NCBI GenBank assembly: GCA_038057055.1
Contig: JBBUDY010000047.1
Coordinates: 16,048 to 80,047 of the forward strand
DNA: 64,000 bases
Source: Patescibacteria group bacterium
Lineage (GTDB): Bacteria; Patescibacteriota; Minisyncoccia; Phycocordibacterales; Phycocordibacteraceae
Reading direction: 5' to 3'
Shown here: piece after piece, positions 58,588 through 64,000 of the stretch
How positions within the stretch are numbered: the first letter of the stretch is position 1
Layout of the letters: every line of letters begins with the position of its first letter
Notes under the pieces: generated by a model
Told to the model about the DNA's origin: nothing
The model's database searches: none
Seen by the model: the letters and a program-made list of their open reading frames with translations, nothing else
Translations under genes and position numbers: made by a program

Positions 58588-60009
58588 ATGTATCGTCCCA
58601 CCATCGGTCTTGAGATTCATGCAGAACTCTCAACCAAGACCAAGATGTTCTGTAACTCGGCGAATGATCCCGACGAGTCGCGGCCTAATGTGAATATATG
58701 CCCAATTTGTCTCGCGCATCCTGGGACGCTGCCGGTCATTAACCGAGAAGCGGTCCGACATATGCTACGCGTTGGTACTGCAATTGGCGGTACGATTGCA
58801 GATTTTAGCGAATTCGATCGCAAGAGTTATTTTTATCCCGACATTCCAAAGGGGTATCAGATTAGTCAGTATGAACATCCGCTCGTCGTGGGAGGAATGC
58901 TTGCAGGGGTTGCGATTACGCGCGTGCATCTTGAAGAAGATACGGCGCGCTCAATACACCTGTCTGCGCAGGCAGGAAAGAGTCTTGTCGATTTTAATCG
59001 TGCCGGCATCCCTCTTATGGAACTGGTGACTGAACCGGTTATTCCTGATGCAGAAACGGCAGGTCGCTTTGCACGAGAACTGCAGCTCCTCTTGCGTACG
59101 CTCCGTGCAAGTGAGGCTAATCTTGAGAAAGGGGAGATGCGAATAGAAGCGAATGTTTCGGTCTCATCTACTGAAGGAAAGTTTGGCACGAAAGTAGAAG
59201 TGAAAAATCTCAATTCATTTCGCTCTGTCGAGCGGGCTATTGCATTTGAGATACAACGTCAAACCGCGCTCATTGAGAAAGGAGGGAAGGTAGTTCAGGA
59301 AACGCGTGGGTGGGACGAATCGAAACAAGAAACCTTTCATCAGCGATTTAAAGAAGGAAGCGCCGACTACCGATACTTCCCAGAACCGGATCTTCCAAAA
59401 CTTTTTCTTTCTGACATTCCAGAATTCTCGCACGAGGCGATTCGCGCGTCACTGCCAGAATTGCCATGGGAGCGCCGTGAGCGATACGTGAAGATGTATT
59501 CACTTAAAGAAAGTGATGTTGCATATCTTTGTGCAACACCGGAACGAGCGTCATTTTTTGATGCGGTCGCTTCTGCTCTCCATACGGATATAAAACTCAC
59601 CGCACTCGCTGCAAATTACATTGTGTCCGATCTCGCCGGCATATATGCGAAGCGTGAAGGAGAGGAATACACAACACTTGATCCCGCTGCATTTTCAAAA
59701 CTTATTCAGCTGGTCAATTCGCACACGCTCTCTTCTCGCGGTGCAAAGGACACATTACTCATCTGGATTGAAAAAGGTGGAGATCCGGAAGTAATTGCAA
59801 AAGAGCATCATCTCATACAGATTCATGATTCTGTCGCACTGGGTGCGGTGGTCGACGCTGTACTTGCTCAGGAGGGGAAAGCAGTCCAAGAGTATAAAAA
59901 CGGGAAGCTCTCAACACTTCAGTATCTGGTAGGGAAGGCTATGAAGGAGAGTCGTGGAGCAGGGAATCCTCTTGAGTTGCAGAAATTGATAACAGAGAAA
60001 ATCGGCTAG
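58588..60009 (+). CDS. gatB: Asp/Glu-tRNA amidotransferase subunit B
   Basis: IGLEIHAEL.TKTKMFC, CPICLAHPGTLP, RKSYFYPDIPKGYQISQ, HLEED, EVKNLNS, DYRYFPEPDLP. Confidence 0.97.
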   Translation: MYRPTIGLEIHAELSTKTKMFCNSANDPDESRPNVNICPICLAHPGTLPVINREAVRHMLRVGTAIGGTIADFSEFDRKSYFYPDIPKGYQISQYEHPLVVGGMLAGVAITRVHLEEDTARSIHLSAQAGKSLVDFNRAGIPLMELVTEPVIPDAETAGRFARELQLLLRTLRASEANLEKGEMRIEANVSVSSTEGKFGTKVEVKNLNSFRSVERAIAFEIQRQTALIEKGGKVVQETRGWDESKQETFHQRFKEGSADYRYFPEPDLPKLFLSDIPEFSHEAIRASLPELPWERRERYVKMYSLKESDVAYLCATPERASFFDAVASALHTDIKLTALAANYIVSDLAGIYAKREGEEYTTLDPAAFSKLIQLVNSHTLSSRGAKDTLLIWIEKGGDPEVIAKEHHLIQIHDSVALGAVVDAVLAQEGKAVQEYKNGKLSTLQYLVGKAMKESRGAGNPLELQKLITEKIG

Positions 60010-60060
60010 ACGCAATCCACACCTCTTCCTTCCCAGCCGAGATATGGTTATACTGTAGGG

Positions 60061-60831
60061 ATGGATGAGCTAATTATAGGAGAGAAAAAATATATATCGT
60101 CAAAGCAAGCGGCAAAAGTAACTGGATACGCAAAGGATTATATAGGTCAGTTATGTCGCGAGGGACGAGTCTCGGCTCGTCTTGTGGGCCGTAGTTGGTA
60201 TGTGCTTGAATCTGCCCTTCACGATCATCGTTTCGGTGAACCGAAAGAGGCGTCGGTGCGTTCTGCACAGGCGACACCTATGAAATCCGTATCTGGGTGG
60301 GAATCTCCTCGCTATGTAGCAGCTAATGCTGAAGTTCTTCCGTCTATAAATCGTTTAGAAACTACCAATGAAGAAGAGGAAGGAGGAACCTCACAACGTC
60401 TCCAAGACACTTGGCAAGCATGGTTCGACAGATTTGACAGTGTCGTCAATACAGCAAATGCTGGGAGGGTGGGAGCCGGAGAACTAGTAGAAGAGGAGGA
60501 AAAAGGGATATCAGTCGAACAGAAAGAAGTATCCATCCCTATCCATACCATTTATCGTGAGCCACAGTATCAACAGCTTGAAGAATCGATGCCACAGTCC
60601 CAAATTGAGTCACTGGGAGGGGAGTCGAATAAATTAGATAAAGACCAGGAAAGAAACGAAAGAGGGCATAATGGGCCACAAAGAGTCTTTAGAACGATAC
60701 AGATAGCCGGAGTGCTCTTCGCAGGCGTTATGATTACCCTAGCGACATTTGGAAGTGGTTATTTAGACAAATATATAATCTCGAATAGCCAAGCAAGTAT
60801 AATTGCTGGAATAATTCTCTATAATAAATAG
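60061..60831 (+). CDS. HTH (excisionase/HTH_17-like) protein with acidic linker and C-terminal transmembrane helix
   Basis: YISSKQAAKVTGYAKDYIGQLCREGRVSARLVGRSWYV; TM IQIAGVLFAGVMITLATFG; TATACT 6 nt before the ATG. Confidence 0.8.
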   Translation: MDELIIGEKKYISSKQAAKVTGYAKDYIGQLCREGRVSARLVGRSWYVLESALHDHRFGEPKEASVRSAQATPMKSVSGWESPRYVAANAEVLPSINRLETTNEEEEGGTSQRLQDTWQAWFDRFDSVVNTANAGRVGAGELVEEEEKGISVEQKEVSIPIHTIYREPQYQQLEESMPQSQIESLGGESNKLDKDQERNERGHNGPQRVFRTIQIAGVLFAGVMITLATFGSGYLDKYIISNSQASIIAGIILYNK

Positions 60832-61128
60832 TGTATTTATTGGTTTTCTTGTCTTGGCAATACAAGATTATCATTCGATGATAAATATTCTACAGAAATT
60901 CAGACATATCTATAGTAAATCTATTAAACAAATTTATAGTGTAAGAGGAGAAAATTGAGTTGATTAGATCGTTTCGAGGATAGCATTCACTATTGTCCTA
61001 ACATATATCTTATGTGTGAATAATAGAGTTTAGTACCCTATGTTAACTATAAAGTCGATTAGTATTAATGCTAAATATAGTATAAAAATTTACAGATTCT
61101 CCGGAATATGTAAGTAAATACTACGTTG

Positions 61129-61418
61129 TTCGGTTATCCGGCTATATATATCTAATAATAATGTATTGCGATAAATAAAAGCGTTTCGATCCATTATTTC
61201 CCGACAATCTTTAACTCCAATCTTCCTCCAAAGACGTTTTTTGATTATATTTTTGATTTTTAGTGTCATTTTTATCAATTTTTGACAGAAATTTTTGACT
61301 TCTAGACCATCCCACGCGGAAGTCTTATTTGGTTCTGATAATTATCCCCATATTCATTTTATTTTTCTGTAGGAGGTGCCAGAAACATAAGTTATTATTT
61401 AGTTAATTCGGTTATCCG
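61129..61418. repeat. 12-bp direct repeat TTCGGTTATCCG (two copies) in an AT-rich intergenic region
   Basis: Copies at 61129-61140 and 61407-61418; the core is the dyad CGG-N4-CCG. Confidence 0.8.
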
Positions 61419-61420
61419 AC

Positions 61421-64000
61421 ATGGATCCTTCTCTTAACGAAAATCTGATTACGACAAAGTATGCTGGAGAACTTTCTGGCTACACTTCTGATTATGTATC
61501 ACGTCTCTTACGTTCAGGAAAAATTGCAGGAAAAAGAATCGGACGGAATTGGTTAGTAGAAAGAGAATCGTTCGTACGTTTTCTCGATATACAAGGAAAT
61601 CACAATGTGGATCGCGCACGGACACTCGCCAGCGACCGCGCGGAGGAATATCGAGCACATCGGTCGCTTCTACATCGCGCGACGAAATCATTGACAGCAT
61701 CTCCTTCGGTGTCGAAGCCGGCTACTACCGATGGAAGTAGCCCCTTTTCAGAAATACCTACATGGGGTATCGCATCAGGTATTTCAGTAGGAAAATTCGG
61801 TTCACACATAATGGCGCTCACGGCTAGTTTTCTGATAGTCGGCTCGAGTGCACTGGTGGTGCATACCCCAGTAGTTTCAGCGTTTGCAATGGACACGGGA
61901 GAAGTTGTCCTTGATGTCCTTTACGGATTTGGTGAGACATTTGGTGATATCCAATCGGACATTGCTTCAAGAATCGATGGAGCGAAAGATGAAATGTCAA
62001 CCGTGTCATCTCGTGTTGCATCGCGTGCTGTACTCGCATCTTTAGATACCGTGTCGCCGCTTCTCACACAACCGGATTTTTCTCCACCGCAAATAGCGGT
62101 TACCGATACTCAACGCATCCGTGTCGCATCAGAATTTGGAAATGAAGCTTCTCAAGCAACTTCAGTCGCACCGATGTTTACTGTCGATGATGCACAAGCA
62201 TTTGCGCTACAGACATATGCACTCATAAGTTCTCCAACACGCGCAGTGAATGCATTTATGCATGCGTATGTTGCTCTTGGAGAACAAATGTACATCGCCA
62301 TTACGTCTTCATTTACCGCATACGATTCACTCATTAAGAAATCAGGAGTGCAAACGCTCGCACTCGCAGGTACAACTCGAGATGTACTTGCGCACGCACC
62401 AGAATTAATCACGCGAATGAATCTTGCACTTGGAGAATCGGTCATCAAGGCAACGCATACCGCAATACAAGCAGACGTATCACTCGCATACGGAACCGCA
62501 GCCGCCGCACCAGCAAGCGCGCAGGTTGTAACCGCGTTCATCGGAAACACTGGTGATGTGCTCGCACGCGCTACCGCTCACACCGCAGTAGAAACAGCAG
62601 CTCGCACCGCATTTATTCTACGCGGTTTCGGTGATGGGTTGTATGAGGGTACAAAGAGTATTCAAGACGTGCTGTATACCACAGGACCGCTTCTCGCGAA
62701 CCTGCCGACGACCATTGAAAATGCATATCTCGGTATATTCGGCAAAAGTGCGCTTGCCCTCCAGAGCCTAAAAAGTGAAATAGGGCTTGCGTTTAACTCA
62801 ATTAGCACCGAACTACAGTCCAATACACAGCTTGCCGCGGTACTTGCCGCCGTACAGCCCGTGCTTGCTCCGGGTGAACGGCTCGCGCTTGCCGTATATG
62901 AATCAGTCCAAGCCCTTTTTGATTCTGCAACCAATACGCTTGCCACAATCATTGCACCATCACCGATTATCATACTGCCGAACGTTCCATCACGATTCTT
63001 CGCGATTGCAACGTCATCTGAATTTGCTCCCTCACCGTTTCTCTCCGGAGATAATGAGTCGACAACTACTCCGTACATAACGGTTGTGCAAGGCGTTTCG
63101 TCGGACTACATGAATCAGTCGCTTGCGTCATTTCGTTCTGACATACTCACAACAGTTGCTGGTTTGGTGCAGCCAGTGAGTAATCAGACTGGAACGAATT
63201 CAAACACAATCCAGTATGTAAACATGATTCAAGATTTGACGAATCTCATCGTGCGTAATGGCGACTTCCGTGGCGGAACATTTGATAATGCCACTAGAAT
63301 TTCTGCGACCGGTGGCAACTTCACTAGCCTCACGGGCGGTACAACAAACCTTGGTGCGACGACAATTAACGGGTCTCTCATCGTTAATGGCGTCTTAATC
63401 ACTGGTAGTAGTGCTGGTAATGTTGCGACTTCTACCGCTGAGTTAGCGGGAAATCTTCCGTATTGGACATCGACCGCGGGGACGCCCGCCGCGCTCGGAA
63501 GCGCGGCGAACCTGAATTGGAACAACAGCATTTCGCTCCTCTCTGTTGTTGGCAATGCTTCAACAACGCAACTCACCGCAACAAGCTCTGTCTATCTCGC
63601 GACACTTGGTGGCCGCGTCGGCATCGGTACTACCACCCCCGCTGTTGCGCTCGATATCTACGCAACTGATGCTATTCGCCTACCGGTCGGCTCCACCGTA
63701 CAGAGACCGACAACAGGCGGTACTGGCTTTGTTCGATACAACATCACCACGCATCAGTTCGAAGGATATGGCGACAACAGTGTCTGGCAAGGTCTTGGTG
63801 GTGTGATTGATGCTGATCAAGACACATACATTACTGCCGACACCAACAACACAGACGAGGATACACTCCGCCTATTCACTTTCGGGAATCAGCGTATGAC
63901 AATCGCCAACACCGGCAACGTCGGCATCGGGACGACGAGCCCTTACGCCCTCCTCTCGCTCGCCGGCTCCTCCGGCGGTACAAGCAATCTCTTCGCACTC
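61421..64000 (+). CDS. Giant protein (3' truncated): N-terminal HTH, TM, Ala-rich helical region, then S/T/G-rich phage-fibre-like repeats
   Basis: Hand translation: MDPSLNENLITTKYAGELSGYTSDYVSRLLRSGKIAGKRIGRNWLV...; hydrophobic IMALTASFLIVGSSALVV at about aa 130; the same frame later reads RVGIGTTTP, LPVGSTVQRP, VRYNITTHQFEGY, NVGIGTTSP. Its absence from the ORF track fits a frame with no stop before the window end. Confidence 0.85.
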   Translation, partial: MDPSLNENLITTKYAGELSGYTSDYVSRLLRSGKIAGKRIGRNWLVERESFVRFLDIQGNHNVDRARTLASDRAEEYRAHRSLLHRATKSLTASPSVSKPATTDGSSPFSEIPTWGIASGISVGKFGSHIMALTASFLIVGSSALVVHTPVVSAFAMDTGEVVLDVLYGFGETFGDIQSDIASRIDGAKDEMSTVSSRVASRAVLASLDTVSPLLTQPDFSPPQIAVTDTQRIRVASEFGNEASQATSVAPMFTVDDAQAFALQTYALISSPTRAVNAFMHAYVALGEQMYIAITSSFTAYDSLIKKSGVQTLALAGTTRDVLAHAPELITRMNLALGESVIKATHTAIQADVSLAYGTAAAAPASAQVVTAFIGNTGDVLARATAHTAVETAARTAFILRGFGDGLYEGTKSIQDVLYTTGPLLANLPTTIENAYLGIFGKSALALQSLKSEIGLAFNSISTELQSNTQLAAVLAAVQPVLAPGERLALAVYESVQALFDSATNTLATIIAPSPIIILPNVPSRFFAIATSSEFAPSPFLSGDNESTTTPYITVVQGVSSDYMNQSLASFRSDILTTVAGLVQPVSNQTGTNSNTIQYVNMIQDLTNLIVRNGDFRGGTFDNATRISATGGNFTSLTGGTTNLGATTINGSLIVNGVLITGSSAGNVATSTAELAGNLPYWTSTAGTPAALGSAANLNWNNSISLLSVVGNASTTQLTATSSVYLATLGGRVGIGTTTPAVALDIYATDAIRLPVGSTVQRPTTGGTGFVRYNITTHQFEGYGDNSVWQGLGGVIDADQDTYITADTNNTDEDTLRLFTFGNQRMTIANTGNVGIGTTSPYALLSLAGSSGGTSNLFAL

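Noticed and set aside
61090-61278. 62-aa minus-strand ORF in the AT-rich spacer
   Set aside because: Low-complexity AT-driven composition, non-ATG start and no motif
63600-64000. Prophage tail gene
   Set aside because: The fibre motifs are in frame with an HTH-TM cellular-type N-terminus, and no capsid, terminase or integrase genes are in the window; sequence beyond the edge is unseen

Overview
Gene-dense bacterial chromosomal DNA, most consistent with a Patescibacteria/CPR (Parcubacteria-like) genome. The taxonomy is inferred, not proven, from the scarcity of Shine-Dalgarno sites, -10 boxes just upstream of start codons, compact housekeeping genes and HTH-TM giant surface proteins. About 54 kb (1-53711) is one surface-glycan locus. 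It contains about 20 glycosyltransferase-like genes (GT4, GT2, GT9, GT47/exostosin, GT11-like, GT-C), 8 methyltransferases and two GtrA flippases. It also has an ABC flippase and an O-antigen-ligase/TPR protein. Its sugar pathways are a dTDP-deoxysugar set with C- and O-methyltransferases, and a nonulosonic (legionaminic-like) acid set with a WbuXYZ-type amidotransferase trio and a PHP/ATP-grasp fusion. A GC-rich, self-contained Nudix cassette is embedded in the locus. Downstream come murB, an unannotated 17-aa Lys/Ala peptide gene with its own terminator, secA, obgE and gatB. The window ends with two tandem membrane-anchored HTH genes; the second is a giant phage-fibre-like ORF that runs off the window and is missing from the ORF track. 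No rRNA, tRNA, CRISPR or transposase was seen. All family calls come from motif recognition by eye; no database searches were run.
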